Part shown: in pieces, positions 24,802 through 39,362 of the stretch
Layout of the letters: every line of letters begins with the position of its first letter
Numbering within the stretch: position 1 is the stretch's first letter
DNA from: Octopus sinensis
Taxonomy: Eukaryota
DNA: 64,000 nucleotides
Reading direction: 5' to 3'
NCBI RefSeq assembly: GCF_006345805.1
Contig: NC_043004.1
Location: 18,972,001-19,036,000, forward strand
Notes under the pieces: generated by a model
What the model was told of the DNA's origin: nothing
Databases searched by the model: none
What the model saw: only the letters and a program-made list of their open reading frames with translations
Made by a program: the position numbers and the translations under genes

Positions 24802-25412
24802 ATACACACACACACACTTACACACACACACTTATACACACAATACTCTTACACACACACACTCTTACACACACACACACGTTTACACACACATACACAC
24901 ACACACACACACACATACGTTTTGTGTTTGTATAAGGAAAGTGAAGCTTGTGTGGTGTTGCCTGTAATGCGTGTGTATGTGTGAGTGTTTGTGACTTGTT
25001 TTCAGTGAGTGTTTGCAAGTTATATTCATGATGTGGAATAACTAATGTGTGTTATTAAGAAATTTGACAGGCAGATGGGACTCATGGAATATGTTTATGT
25101 ATGTATGCACATGCAATCGGAAATTCATAGACGTGCATATACCCATCAACGAACAAGTTGAGGAAACAGCAGGGATAAAAACACTAACATCCTGACGTAC
25201 ATACATCAAAAAGGGAGTAAATATGTATTTTTTCCTCACAGTAATCGGTTATATTTATAGGACGTCATTGTGTTTGTAAGTTATTCCGTTTAAATTAAGA
25301 ATAAACATCAGCAAAGTTAGCCTTCATCTACGATCAAACATTTTATGATATATACTGAGTATAGTCGCAGAAAGACCACTACCAATAGAAAGCAAGTAAT
25401 ATGTAGGATATA

Positions 25413-26285
25413 CGATGTTAGATCAATAAATATCCGGACTGTTGCTGTAGAAATGAAGTTAAAACAGGTAGAGTAAAGCCGCTTGCTGTGCATATTTACA
25501 GTATTTTAACGTTCCAGCTCACTTTCGAAGCTTACAGCAGTGCTTCGAAGTAACGGGTATAACGTGGTATCGTCGCATTGACCATGACAAAAGAAAGTTG
25601 TCATGGCGATACCTGCCTTGAAGCCTACACAAAGTTGCAAAAAGTGTATGGAGAGGAGTGTATGAGCCGCACAGAAGTGTAAGAGTGATCCAGACGTTTC
25701 CAAGATGATTGAAACAATGTTGATATTGACGGACGTTCTGGGAAACCTGCAACCAGCAGAACTGAGAAAAACATTGCAGATGTGCGTGCAGCTGAGAGGG
25801 GAAATCGTCGAACCACAATCCGTGAGTTATTAGAGGATGCGCAGATTAGCTACGGTTCAGTTCAATCCGTTATCATTGAAGATTTGGGTATGAGACGAGT
25901 GTCTGCCAAGTTTGTGTCAATACTGCTTTCTACTGACGTATAAGACACTTGGGCTTCAGTTGCACAAGATCTCCTTGATTGTGTCACGAACGATGAACAT
26001 GTATTGAAATTTTTGTGTAGTCTTTTGAGCTGGTATCGCCAAGCATTTGGCAAAGCTTGATACAGATTCTCTGCTCAATTTTCTCTGTCATGGTCAATGT
26101 TACGATCACACACAACACACCTCCTTTCCAAGTACTGCTGTAAACCGCAGAAGTAAATTAGAACGTTAAAACTTAGTGCCCAAGCACAGCAAAGCTCAAG
26201 ATCAATCTGTACCAAGTAGCTTCGCTTTGCGTGCTTTAGCGGCGTTACTATGGCAAAACTCCGGATACTTATTGATCAGACCTCT
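25413..26285 (+). mobile_element. Non-autonomous mariner with two inverted 5' ends
   Basis: TA-flanked TIRs; forward transposase remnant AYTKLQKVYGEECMSRTEV..DGRSGKP..LGMRRVSAKFV..NDEHVLK; 26004-26285 is an inverted 5' end reading MTEKIEQRICIKLCQMLGDT. Confidence 0.9.
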
Positions 26286-26432
26286 TATATATACAGGATT
26301 GGCTCAAACGTCACATGGCAGTAATTTGCCGTTCAAGAAGGAGTCACTTTCAACAGTTTTCATGATGTTTCATATTTAGCTGCTTTCATTGAATTCCTTC
26401 AGATGTTTAACATAAATAAATCTTGGCCAACC

Positions 26433-26790
<358 letters not shown>

Positions 26791-26794
26791 TATG

Positions 26795-27355
26795 ATCAAA
26801 CGCCACGCATCCTTTTCCAAGTATATTTATCTTAATAATTACGATGCGCCCTCTTCTATCTCTACTATCTCTTCTCTGTCGATCTCTCTCCCTCTCTTGT
26901 TCTTCATCCTTTCTAATTTTCTCTCCCACCCTTCCCTATTCTTCTCCTCTCCTCTTCACCGTTCCCTCTCTCTCACTCCTCCTTCTCAACTCTCTCGTCG
27001 CTGACACGTGACGAAAGAGAATCTATCTTTCTGCCCACTACCTTCCTAAAGACAAAACGTGCTTATACTGTCTCCTCTCATAAACTCGTCTTCTTAACGT
27101 TCATAATGACGTTTCTATCGCCTTGGCTATTTTGTTCTCACAGTCCTGTTCTTGTTACTACTTTCACCCTCCGCAAAAGATCCCAAATTTTATTTAACTT
27201 GCTTTGCAGGAAGGATTGTTTCAATGAAGTTGCGTATTGTCCTTGCCTTCGACGCGGAGTAGATGAAACAGGGAGAACTGAAGACGGGGAATATTCTTTA
27301 TGTTGCATGTCTCGTTTCTCGTTGTGTTCTACGTTCTTTTATGTCCTGTACCCAT
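26795..27355 (+). repeat. Pyrimidine-rich interspersed repeat, probable Penelope-type terminal region
   Basis: 3' part resembles 20511-20670; contains CTGAAGA but no downstream GAAA. Confidence 0.4.
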
Positions 27356-27441
27356 ATGTGCATGCATATCTACATATATATGTAGGTATGTACATATATG
27401 TATGTATATATGCATATAATTTATATTATATATATCATTTC

Positions 27442-27486
<45 letters not shown>

Positions 27487-27584
27487 TAATTTATATTATA
27501 TATATATATAGGCTGAAGTTTTTTACAGAAAAAAATTTCATCAAAAAAGTGGCAGCATATTAAAATACCTTTAAAGGTTAAAAT

Positions 27585-27645
27585 TATAAACAACTTATAA
27601 ACAAGGGCAAAGAAAATAATTTTCTTTTGCCCTTGTTTATAAGTT

Positions 27646-27652
<7 letters not shown>
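27585..27652. repeat. 68-bp near-perfect palindrome
   Basis: tataaacaacttataaacaagggcaaag-aaaataatttt-cttttgcccttgtttataagttgtttata. Confidence 0.95.
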
Positions 27653-27676
<24 letters not shown>

Positions 27677-27699
27677 GCATACATACATACACACATACA

Positions 27700-29880
27700 T
27701 TCATACATACAAGAAAAATTAGGATCTAAACGAAAAGCTAATTGTGAAAAGTCAAAAGGACAAAGAAAGCATTCAAACCAGAGATACAGTTGCTTTCTGA
27801 TTCCAAATGAAAAACAAAGAACAAGCGATTGCAAGAAATATGCTTGGAGGAGCAGAAAACATGAACAACGGAGAGATGAAAACGAGATGAAAATCAGTGC
27901 AACAACAGATGGCAGCAGGGTGCCGAAAGAATGAAAGCCACTCGACATGAAGACCATGTTACAGAAGGAGTTTATAATCCTACATACAATGAGGGAGACC
28001 TTGAACAGCATTATTCTGGAAATATGAATTTCGTTTATCAGTTTTGCATGGCCAAACATTTTCTATGTGAACGGCCGTCTGACGACAACTTTAACTATTC
28101 CTGCCATAAAGGAAAATTGCTTCCTTCAGTTCGAAGCGACACTTGAAATCTCTAATATCAGATCCCAATAATCGTTATTATGATAATTTCAAAGGAAATA
28201 TCAGGTCGTATGACTTTGCATTGCCCTTTACATCGATGGGCGCACACTTGACCGAATCTCCTGGAAGAACTCATGGAAAACTGTATCATGGAACATCACA
28301 TACACATCCAATTGATGGAGAACAAAACAGCTAATGACTAACTAAATACCGTCGATGCTGCAGAAGCTCATAATGCAGGAACAGGGAATAATTCAAATAA
28401 AAAAAGTATACCTGAAATAATGGCAACATTGAACAGTTATACATAAAAATCAACGTCTGTGCAGCAAACTTTAAAGCTATTAAAGAAGTTGAAATTGAGA
28501 AAGAAGAACGTGCATGCCAAGACGATAGACCTATACCTATAGTAAATATTGCTTTTAACAGAGACCATAGCACAGATAAGAGAAGATATAGCAGTGGATG
28601 AAAATTCTATGCGTTTTAGAAATTCAGATGGAGAGTCTCCATTCAATAGAGATTTTCGAGTTTATCCAACAAATGATGATATATCATGGTTAATCTCAAT
28701 ATTTTGAGTCCAAATTTGGACCCAATGACATATAATTTCGTTGTGTTTAGGGAGAGTCATTACACCAACATTACTCACACATCTAATGCTTCAAGTTCAC
28801 TACTTTATTATTAGACAATTTGTTAAATATCCAACTAACTAATCGATTGTTTATTCAAATTGTTGGTTAAAACAGTCAGTCGCTTGTTTTGTTAGAAACA
28901 GTTGCAAATGACAAGGAAGAACTTTGACGAATAGAAAACAAAAGAAATGACGGTTTATCAAACAAATTAAACAAACTTTACAGCGGCTTAGCTCAGCATT
29001 TAAATAATATTGCTAAAGATACTGGAATTCAGACTGGACGCACACTTATTCTTCTGCCTTCGTTCTAAGGATCCCCACAAAACACACAAGAACGTTATCA
29101 TGACGCAAAGGCGATAGTATGTCCACATGGAAAACCTGATATTTTCATTACAATATCATCTAATCCAAACTGACCAGAAATCAAATATAACTCATTTCAT
29201 GGACAAAATCCATCAAGCAGAGCAGATCCGGTAGCAAGGTCTTTCAAACTGAAACTAAAACAACTTTTGGATGATGTTACAAAAATGTACGTTTCTGGTA
29301 GAGTTGTAACTCATTTGTACACCACTGAATTTCAAAAATGAGGTTTGCTACATGCCCATATATTGATAATATTACATCCAGATGATAAGTTGAAAGACAC
29401 GTTGCAAAATGTTGAAATTTCTGATGTTCAAATTGAAGATTTTACTTCATGATATTACAAATAAAAATGCACGAAATATGGATCTGGTGGTGAAGGGAAC
29501 CCCAGAACATCTTGCAGGGAGAATAGACATAGACACTATCAAAAGATGATTCCTTAAACATTTCTATGAGAAAAAAGTGTAAATAACAATGAGTATGCAT
29601 GCTACAGTCAACGTAAGTTAAATTGATAACTGTACAATTGATAATAGATGTGGTTTCCGATAACATGTACCAATGTTATAAATTCGATGTCCACCTAATT
29701 ATGGAAATATGTCCAATTATATGTATATATAATTATATATTCTTTAGATTAACACAGAGCTACTCACGCTCAACTGGTGAGACAAGTGTTCGAATTGACG
29801 GTGATATGGTAAACTAAATGTATTTTGCTTATTAAAATATTCTTTTCCCAATGCATAAAATTACGTTGCAAGTCTATAGT
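27700..29880 (+). mobile_element. Helitron remnant 1: N-terminal zinc-finger and Rep (HUH) region, no helicase
   Basis: GNMNFVYQFCMAKHFLCE..SCHKGK; NIRSYDFALPFTSMGA; SPNLDPMTY; GKPDIFITISSNP; EFQK*GLLHAHILI at ~29327-29370; many stops and frameshifts. Confidence 0.9.
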
Positions 29881-30042
29881 GAGAATATTCAAATAGATCT
29901 GATATTCAAATAGCTTCGATATTGATGAAATTAAAATCAGAAAACTAATCCGTAATTTTTATCAGATCTTTTCCATATCTTTCATATCTCTGCTTGGCCT
30001 GCTGAATGATGTTGAAAATATAGATTAATTCACCCTACTACA

Positions 30043-33000
30043 ATGCCTCCAAAAAAATTAGATTCGGAGTACCTAAGCAATCTCAGCGCAGGAAAACAGA
30101 AACAACTGAAGAAAATGACGTTCAGCGGACCAAGAGACTGAGAATAGATACTGAAATACATGCAGGCCTACGAGCCTTACAAAGTCAAGAACAAGCAGAA
30201 AGAAGACGAAGATTAAATTCCCAACGAAATGCAGCAGCAGGACAACCTGAAACTCCAGAATTACATGGGAGGAGAGTGAAAATGAATACTCAACGGACTG
30301 CAGCAGCCAGGCAACTTGTAACTCAGGACGAGCTCAACACTAGGAGGATAACAAACAGATTAAGGCATCAATAATTAGGCTGCCTCCTTTTACTACTGAA
30401 GATTGGAAAATGGCTGCATTCAATTATAATCCTAGTTATGCATATAATTCGCAAGGCATTGTTACTATAGGATCCCTGTCATTACTATGTGATGACTGCG
30501 ATGCCAAGAAATGGATTCACGAACCCCCAGGTATGTGTTGTAGTAATGGAAAGATCCGATTACCAGTTCTTGCTGATCCACCACAGCAATTAAAAGATCA
30601 CCCATTGGGCTCAAATCCAGAATCAAACCCCCTTTCTTTTTTCAAAACATACAGCGTTACAATAATGCATTCATGACGACATCTTTTGGTGCAAATATAG
30701 TAAGCGAAAGTGGGTTTATGTCTACATTCAAAATTCAAGGTCGAATTCATCATAGAATTGGAAGATTGTTGCCATTACAGCATGAAGATTCCTAATACTT
30801 ACAAATATATTTCATTGGAGGACAAGAAGATCAAACAGAAGTTAGGTGCAACCTTAACCAAGGTGTAAGTAGAATCATAATCAGGAATATACAAGAAATG
30901 CTACATGGAAACAATGCATACATACGGAGTTTTAAAGCAGCCATCGAGAAAAGTTCATCAACAGAATTTCGAGTAGTTATTTATGCAGATAAAAGACCAT
31001 CCGATGAGCATGTTATGCGATTCAATTTACCAACATGTAACTAAGTCGCACTTATTATGGCTGATGAAAGTTTTGACAATAGGGACATAATTCTTCATTC
31101 AAAAGATAATACACTGAAACGTGTATGTGAAACTCACAGAGCTTATGATAGCCATCAATATCCCCTACTATTTGTATATGGTGATCATGGATATCATTTC
31201 GGTATTCCACAGTTTGGAAATAATACCAGAAAACATGTTTCATGTATAGATTTTTATGCATACCATTTTATGATGAGAGATAATTCCTTCAATCATCTTC
31301 ACAGAAGGCAAAACCTCTTCCATCAATTTGAAGTTGATATGTTTGCAAAAGTTGAAGCAGAAAAACTTTTATGTCAAAACTCATCAAAAGGAAGTAAGAG
31401 TAGATTCCTACACACATCTCAAAGATCATATAAATAACGATAGACAAGGAAGAGACATAGGCCAGATATGCATTCAGAGGTAGTCCACGATGTATGAATG
31501 AAAAGACCCAAGATGCAATAATTTATGTTCAAAATTGTGGAAAACCATACCTTTTTATCACATTCACTTCGAATACAAAGTGGGTAAATATACATCAATC
31601 AACAAGATCTAGTGGCCAGAGTGTTTCGCTTGAAGATAATCAAACTGATGGATTTGATAAACAAATCACAAATCTTTGGTCTATTACAGTGCTACATGCA
31701 CACAATTGAGTGGCGAAAGAGAGGCTTGCCTCATGCGCATATATTACTGCGGCTTACCAGAAAAAGCAACTCCAATTAAATTGATTCTATTATATCAGCT
31801 GAGTTACCTGATCTACAAACTGATCCATCTTTATTTGAAATAGTAAAGAGCCACATGGTGCATGGGCCGTGTGGTGATATCAATCGAAAATCACCAAGCA
31901 TAGTTGCTGGCCAATGTACAAAACGATATCCTAAAAATTTTTTACCTCAAACTCAGTTCAGTGAGGATGCTTATCCCTCTTATAGGAGAAGATTGCTTGA
32001 AGATGGTGGCTTTGAAACTATGGTTGGCAGACATGAGGTTGACAACAGGTGGATTGTACCTTACTCTCCCTTGCTTTCAAAGACATTCAATGCTCACATA
32101 AATGTTGAATTTTGCAATTCTGTGAAATTTATTACATACGTTTGCAAATACATAAATAGGAGAACTAAAACAGCCATGTTTTCCTTACAAGAAAAAAATG
32201 TTAGAGATGAAGTTACCCAGTATGAACTTGGTAGATATATCGGCACCAATGAAACACTTTGGCGTATTTTGGGGTTTTCTGTTCATGAAAGGCATCCTGC
32301 AATCCAACTGCTTGCAGTTCATCTTGAAAATGGTCGGAGGGTTTATTCCACAAGCAAAAATGCTGCCCAAGTCGCTCTAAATCCAAAATGCACAACTCTT
32401 ACTGTATTTCTAAAATTGTGTGAACGAGATAATTTTGCAATAACTCTTATCTATAATCAGGGTCCATCTTATTACACATGGAGTAATAACACATGGTACA
32501 GGATAAAACGAGAAACTGATGTTGAGGGTCATCCAGGTGTAAAATTTGGCTTCATAACAGGAAGAGTTTACTCTGTGCATCCAAGTCACCGCAAATATTT
32601 CTTTTTGAGACTCCTTCTTCATGAAATAAGAGGACCGACTTCATTTTGCTTTCTAAGAACTATTGATAGGCAAACTTTTGACACTTACAGGGAACCCTGT
32701 TTGGCCTTAAATTTATTAGATGACAATCACTGGGAAAGAACTATGGCTGAGACTTCAATGTCACACACACCTGTTTCTCTAAGAGTCCTTTTAGCAATAA
32801 TTCTCAAAACTTGTGAAGTAAGTCATCCATTAACATTGTGGTAAAAATATAAGGATGATTTATCCGAGGACTATAAATATCAGCAACAGCTAAGATTCCC
32901 TGGGAGAGAAATAGCATTTAGCGAAGACAAATGTAACTCTGCGTTGATTGTTTTTGAAGACCACGTGATCGCCATGGGAGGAGAGGAGCTCTGCAAATTT

Positions 33001-34470
33001 AGGTTACCTGAAACTCAACGAATTGTAGTGAATAACTCAGATGTTTTGCGAGAAACTTTATATGATATCTATTCTCTGACCAGATTCACTAATGAAAACG
33101 TGCCGAAACTTTTGCGAGACCAAGTGGCATATACATGTCGTTGAACAAGTGACCAATAAGAAAGGAGGATTATATTTTTAGACGCACCAGGAGGAACTAG
33201 GAAAACTTTTGACACAAATTTATTACGGGCCAAAGTTAGGCAGTGAAAGGAAATAGCCTTAGCTGTGGCGAGTTCTGGAATTGCTGCAACTTCACTCCCT
33301 GGATGGAGGTCGAATAGCTTACGCATCATTCAAGTTTCCATCTAATCTGAATACATATGAAAAACATTTTTGCAATATAAGTAAGCATTCTGGTATTGCT
33401 GAAGCTCTACAAAAATGTTCTTTGATCGTGAGGAACAGAGTTACAATGTCTCATAACAAAGCTCTAGAAGCTGTTAATAGAACGCTGCAGGATTTGCGTA
33501 ATTCAAACTGTTTGATGGGAGGTGTGACTGTATTGCTTTCAGGTGATTTTAGGCAAACTTTGCCAATTATTCCCATGTGAACTAAGGCAGATGAAATGAA
33601 AGCATGCTTGAAATCCTATGTACTGAGGAAGCATGCCCAACGTTTAAAACTTTCTACAAATATGAAGGCACATTTACATAGGAATCTTCTGATTGGTTAA
33701 TATGCTAATACCCCATTGCAACTTGGAGAAGTAAGATTGAATATGAATGAAAAAGGTGAATTAAATTTATCAGAAATATCCACCTTGCTTAACTCGGTGG
33801 AAGAACTAATTGAAAAGGTTTTTCCCAAATTAATTTAAATATTAAAAATGCTGCTTGGTTGTATGAAAGGGCAATTATAGCACCAAAAAATATTGCAGTG
33901 AATAGTTTGACTGGTTGACTTGTGAAAATGTTGCCAGCAATTGAGCATAATTATAAATCCATAGATTCTGTCTTAGATGAATCAGAATTAGTCAATTATC
34001 CAGTTGAATTTTTGAATTCCCTTGAGCTAAAAGGTGCTCCTCGTCATTGTCTTCGATTGAAAGTAGGTGCTCCGGTCATGCTTCTGGGCAATCTCTCACA
34101 ACTAAAGTTATGCAATGGCACAAGATTCGTTGTCAAGAAATTAATGAGCAATATTTTAGAGGCCACAATAATTTCTGGCTGTGGAAAAGGCGAAGATGAT
34201 GTTATCCCTCAAATTCCTTTAATACCTTCCAACATACCCTTTGAGTTCAAACGATTTTATTTTTTTCCAAACGTTTGTCTTTTGCAATATCTGTCAATTA
34301 GCTACAACATCAGAAACTACAAGTAGCTGGTTTGCATTTAGAAGAGGATTGTTTTTCACATGGACAGCTATATGTCGGTATTTCTAGAGTAGGAAGTAAG
34401 AAAAACCTTTTCACATTCGTCCTTAATGGTAAAACTCGAAATATTGTCTATATGGAAGTTTATTCTGAGT
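30043..34470 (+). pseudogene. Helitron remnant 2: near-complete Rep/PIF1-helicase pseudogene
   Basis: MPPK start; CDDCDAKKW..CCSNGKI; IEWRKRGLPHAHILL (31701-31750); MVHGPCG..DNRWIVPYSP..HINVE; DAPGGTRKT (33181); LSGDFRQTLP; [16 protein letters not shown]; FSHGQLYVGISRV. Multiple stops. Confidence 0.96.
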
Positions 34471-35488
34471 GATTAACAAACTAATAATTGTACATTGTTC
34501 AATATATTTACTATGAGATTTTCAACGTCAAACCCTGATAATATGAAAAGCCATTTCTATATCGTTTTTTTTTTTTACATGTAATAGAATTTTCTTGTAT
34601 AATCTTTAAGGCTATGAGTAACCCATTAGTAAAATCATTCCATTATCATATTGGAGATCTATTATAACCTATATATATATTTTTTTTATCGTGAAATTCT
34701 TCATATATCGTCATGTTTCAGAGTTTTAATTATTTCTCATTTTTTCATTTCTAATTGCTTTACTTCCTTTATTTTTAAAACCCCATTTATATCTTTATGC
34801 AGCCACGTTCTTGGTATCATACTTAATTTCTTAAGCATCATAAATAGTTCAATTCTATATTTAAGAGATGAGGAATTACGTACATTATTTACATTATTTA
34901 CGAGGGTATATCAGCCGAAAGAAGATGAGGACAAAAATCCATCAAATGTAAATATTGTAAATAATGTAAATAATGATAATAAATAGTTATAATGAAGATA
35001 TCGCATTAATATGATAATACATAATTAATTCTTAGTGTTTGCTGAGATTCTTGAATAAACATTGCAATATGTATGTCTTTATAATTTTCTTCAAGCTTTT
35101 ATTTGCTTGCATTCTATATGCAACAGCTGCAGTCTATGTGATGGGTTGCTTCAATTTATAAATCATATTATTGAAATAAAGAATAAGAAGTTTTTATGCA
35201 ACCATAATTATATCTGTTTAATGGAAGAAAGGCTTTTACACAAAAACTGGCATTCCTTTCTTTTGAGTTATAAGAATGCATAGAGATTTATCATGTACAT
35301 GATTAGGAACACTATTTTAATTAGGATAAACGAGTATTGAGTTCAATAGTATATTAGACTACATTATAACTTTTTGGGCCGAAGCCTGGAAATAAGAGCT
35401 TGCGGATATTCCGCTGCAAAACATGCAATAATATCGAAGCAGTAACTTTCATAAATCAGGGTATAATTTTTGAAGGCTCTTTCTGAAC

Positions 35489-35511
35489 CCAGTCAACGAC
35501 GGCTATTTCTG

Positions 35512-35512
<1 letters not shown>
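35489..35512 (+). mobile_element. Putative Helitron 3' terminus (subterminal hairpin plus CTRR)
   Basis: cc(a)gtc-aac-gacgg hairpin at 35489-35502, then CTGA|T at 35509-35513. Confidence 0.55.
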
Positions 35513-35589
<77 letters not shown>

Positions 35590-35643
35590 TATATATCCAC
35601 CATCACACACATATCACATTCATTTATATCCATCATCATTGCA

Positions 35644-35690
<47 letters not shown>

Positions 35691-35694
35691 ACAC

Positions 35695-36314
35695 AAGCAC
35701 GCATATATGTGTATATCACATATATTCATCACCATCGACCTCAATGATATCCCAACATTTTATAAGAATATATGTAAAACTACGTTAAATATTGTGATGT
35801 AAGGAAAAAAAGAGAAGGTCATGGCTGGAAACTTTTTGACCAGTGATTCACTCAATCAAGGCCCTCATCAGTATAAATAAATGAACAGTTTGTCGAATGA
35901 ATACAACCGCAACAAGTAAAAATTGTGCAATGTTATACAAAAAATTGTGTCGAATGTCATGGAATCCCGTGCAATATTATCCAGAGGGTGTTAAGAGAAC
36001 TTCAAATGGTAATAGAAATGAAAGTGCCTGTGGCTAACTGAGCAAAAATCTATAGATTCTTCAATGTTGCTATTTAAGTAATTGTTTCTGAAACACATAG
36101 CCTCAATGCGAATTACGAAATACTGCCCTTTCACAAAAGAAGTAGACGAACACAACTACACTACTAGCAGGTAATTTACTAATGTAGCAATAATAGTTTG
36201 GGAGTTGTTTCAAAGTTTTAGTTTTTGAAACGGAGACGTCAGTATATATAGTTATAGTTACATACGTACATACATAGAAATACGTGCCATGACGTGTATA
36301 TATATATATATACT

Positions 36315-36403
<89 letters not shown>

Positions 36404-37065
36404 TTACATATATATATATATTTATATGTATATATTTACATATGTTCATATGCACACATATGTATGAATGTGCGTATGTACATATATACGTATGTACATA
36501 GACACATTTATAACTTTTTAATTATACTATTTTCAATAAAGGATTAGGTGCCAAGGCAGCCTACAATTTTGACAAATTTGTATAGATTCAAAGTAGTCTA
36601 TGTAAATATATACGCTCATGTGTGTGTGTGTGTGTGTGTGTGTGCGTCCGTGTGTGTATATGTGTGTGTGCACGCACGCGCTTGCACGTGTCTGTGTGTG
36701 TGTTTGTGACTTTGTGCTTGCAGTTTTTGTTTATATCGTGTTACAAAGACGCCCGAATCGGCATTTCCTTCGCCCGCTTGAACGAACCACAATTTTGTTC
36801 AGTCTTTCTTCGCTTCATTGTATGTTCTCAGTAAACTAAGAAGCCGCTATATACCGGTTTCAATTGTACTCGTTATGCTACGAATACATTAACGGGCTTA
36901 TAACGTCATTTGTTATTCATCACGCATCAAAACTGTCTGTTTAAAAGTTCACTGATAGGATTGGTCTATGTTGGCTTACGGCATGAATTCTTTGTGAGAT
37001 AAAGGTAAAATGACCTCGCTGCATTCACAAGTCGAATACAAAACCTTGTAGATATAGATAGATAT

Positions 37066-37101
<36 letters not shown>

Positions 37102-37961
37102 GTAGATAGATAGATATATATATATAGATAGATAGATAGATAGATACACACACACAGACACAAACATACACACACACATATATGCATACATACATATAAT
37201 ACATATACATACATATATATATGCATATATATATACACACACACACATGTATACATATATATGCTTACACACACAGACAGTCACACACACAGACACACAC
37301 ACACAACACACACACACACACACCACACACACACACACAAGCACGCATATATGTGTATATCACATATATTCATCACCATCGACCTCAATGATATCCCAAC
37401 ATTTTATAAGAATATATGTAAAACTACGTTAAATATTGTGATGTAAGGAAAAAAAGAGAAGGTCATGGCTGGAAACTTTTTGACCAGTGATTCACTCAAT
37501 CAAGGCCCTCATCAGTATAAATAAATGAACAGTTTGTCGAATGAATACAACCGCAACAAGTAAAAATTGTGCAATGTTATACAAAAAATTGTGTCGAATG
37601 TCATGGAATCCCGTGCAATATTATCCAGAGGTGTTAAGAGAACTTCAAATGGTAATAGAAATGAAAGTGCCTGTGGCTAACTGAGCAAAAATCTATAGAT
37701 TCTTCAATGTTGCTATTTAAGTAATTGTTTCTGAAACACATAGCCTCAATGCGAATTACGAAATACTGCCCTTTCACAAAAGAAGTAGACGAACACAACT
37801 ACACTACTAGCAGGTAATTTACTAATGTAGCAATAATAGTTTGGGAGTTGTTTCAAAGTTTTAGTTTTTGAAACGGAGACGTCAGTATATATAGTTATAG
37901 TTACATACGTACATACATAGAAATACGTGCCATGACGTGTATATATATATATATATACTTG

Positions 37962-38050
<89 letters not shown>

Positions 38051-38261
38051 CATATATATATATATTATATATATATATTTACATATGTTCATATGCACAC
38101 ATATGTATGAATGTGCGTATGTACATATATACGTATGTACATAGACACATTTATAACTTTTTAATTATACTATTTTCAATAAAGGATTAGGTGCCAAGGC
38201 AGCCTACAATTTTGACAAATTTGTATAGATTCAAAGTAGTCTATGTAAATATATACGCTCA

Positions 38262-38292
<31 letters not shown>

Positions 38293-38710
38293 CCGTGTGT
38301 GTATATGTGTGTGTGCACGCACGCGCTTGCACGTGTCTGTGTGTGTGTTTGTGACTTTGTGCTTGCAGTTTTTGTTTATATCGTGTTACAAAGACGCCCG
38401 AATCGGCATTTCCTTCGCCCGCTTGAACGAACCACAATTTTGTTCAGTCTTTCTTCGCTTCATTGTATGTTCTCAGTAAACTAAGAAGCCGCTATATACC
38501 GGTTTCAATTGTACTCGTTATGCTACGAATACATTAACGGGCTTATAACGTCATTTGTTATTCATCACGCATCAAAACTGTCTGTTTAAAAGTTCACTGA
38601 TAGGATTGGTCTATGTTGGCTTACGGCATGAATTCTTTGTGAGATAAAGGTAAAATGACCTCGCTGCATTCACAAGTCGAATACAAAACCTTGTAGATAT
38701 AGATAGATAT

Positions 38711-38746
<36 letters not shown>

Positions 38747-38950
38747 GTAGATAGATAGATATATATATATAGATAGATAGATAGATAGATACACACACAC
38801 AGACACAAACATACACACACACATATATGCATACATACATATAATACATATACATACATATATATATGCATATATATATACACACACACACATGTATACA
38901 TATATATGCTTACACACACAGACAGTCACACACACAGACACACACACACA
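35695..38950. repeat. Near-identical 1.64-kb tandem duplication (35695-37305 and 37339-38950)
   Basis: Period 1644; the differences seen are microsatellite lengths and one G homopolymer indel. Confidence 0.97.
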
Positions 38951-38976
38951 CACATAGATAACACGTAAATATAATG

Positions 38977-39170
38977 CGGATGCACTTGGTTTTGTGGCTA
39001 GGGTGCTGGACTCATGATTGTAAGATTGTACTTTCGATCACTGGATGGGGCGATGCGTTCCGTCCTTGAGCGTTGTTCCAATCCATTCAGCTAGCAAAAT
39101 GAGAAACCCTGCGACGGACCGACGTCCCATCCAGGTGCATAACTCGAGAAGGTAACTTTACCTTTTTGCT
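38977..39170 (+). mobile_element. Old tRNA-derived SINE with a V-SINE-like tail
   Basis: gtggctagggtgctggactcatgattgtaag...ttcgatc head; accctgcgacggaccgacgtcccatccagg tail. Confidence 0.6.
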
Positions 39171-39283
39171 ATATAAAATACATCCAAATCTCCAAAATCT
39201 TGTTTATTCTTTGGGGTTTTTTAAATGATGTTAAAAAATATTGGTTTTACACACACACGCACACACACACACGCGCGCGCGCG

Positions 39284-39362
<79 letters not shown>

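Noticed and set aside
35835-35880. Minus-strand CTGATGAG-ggcc...ggtc-AAAAAG (duplicated near 37500)
   Set aside because: GAAA is missing and stems I and III do not pair.
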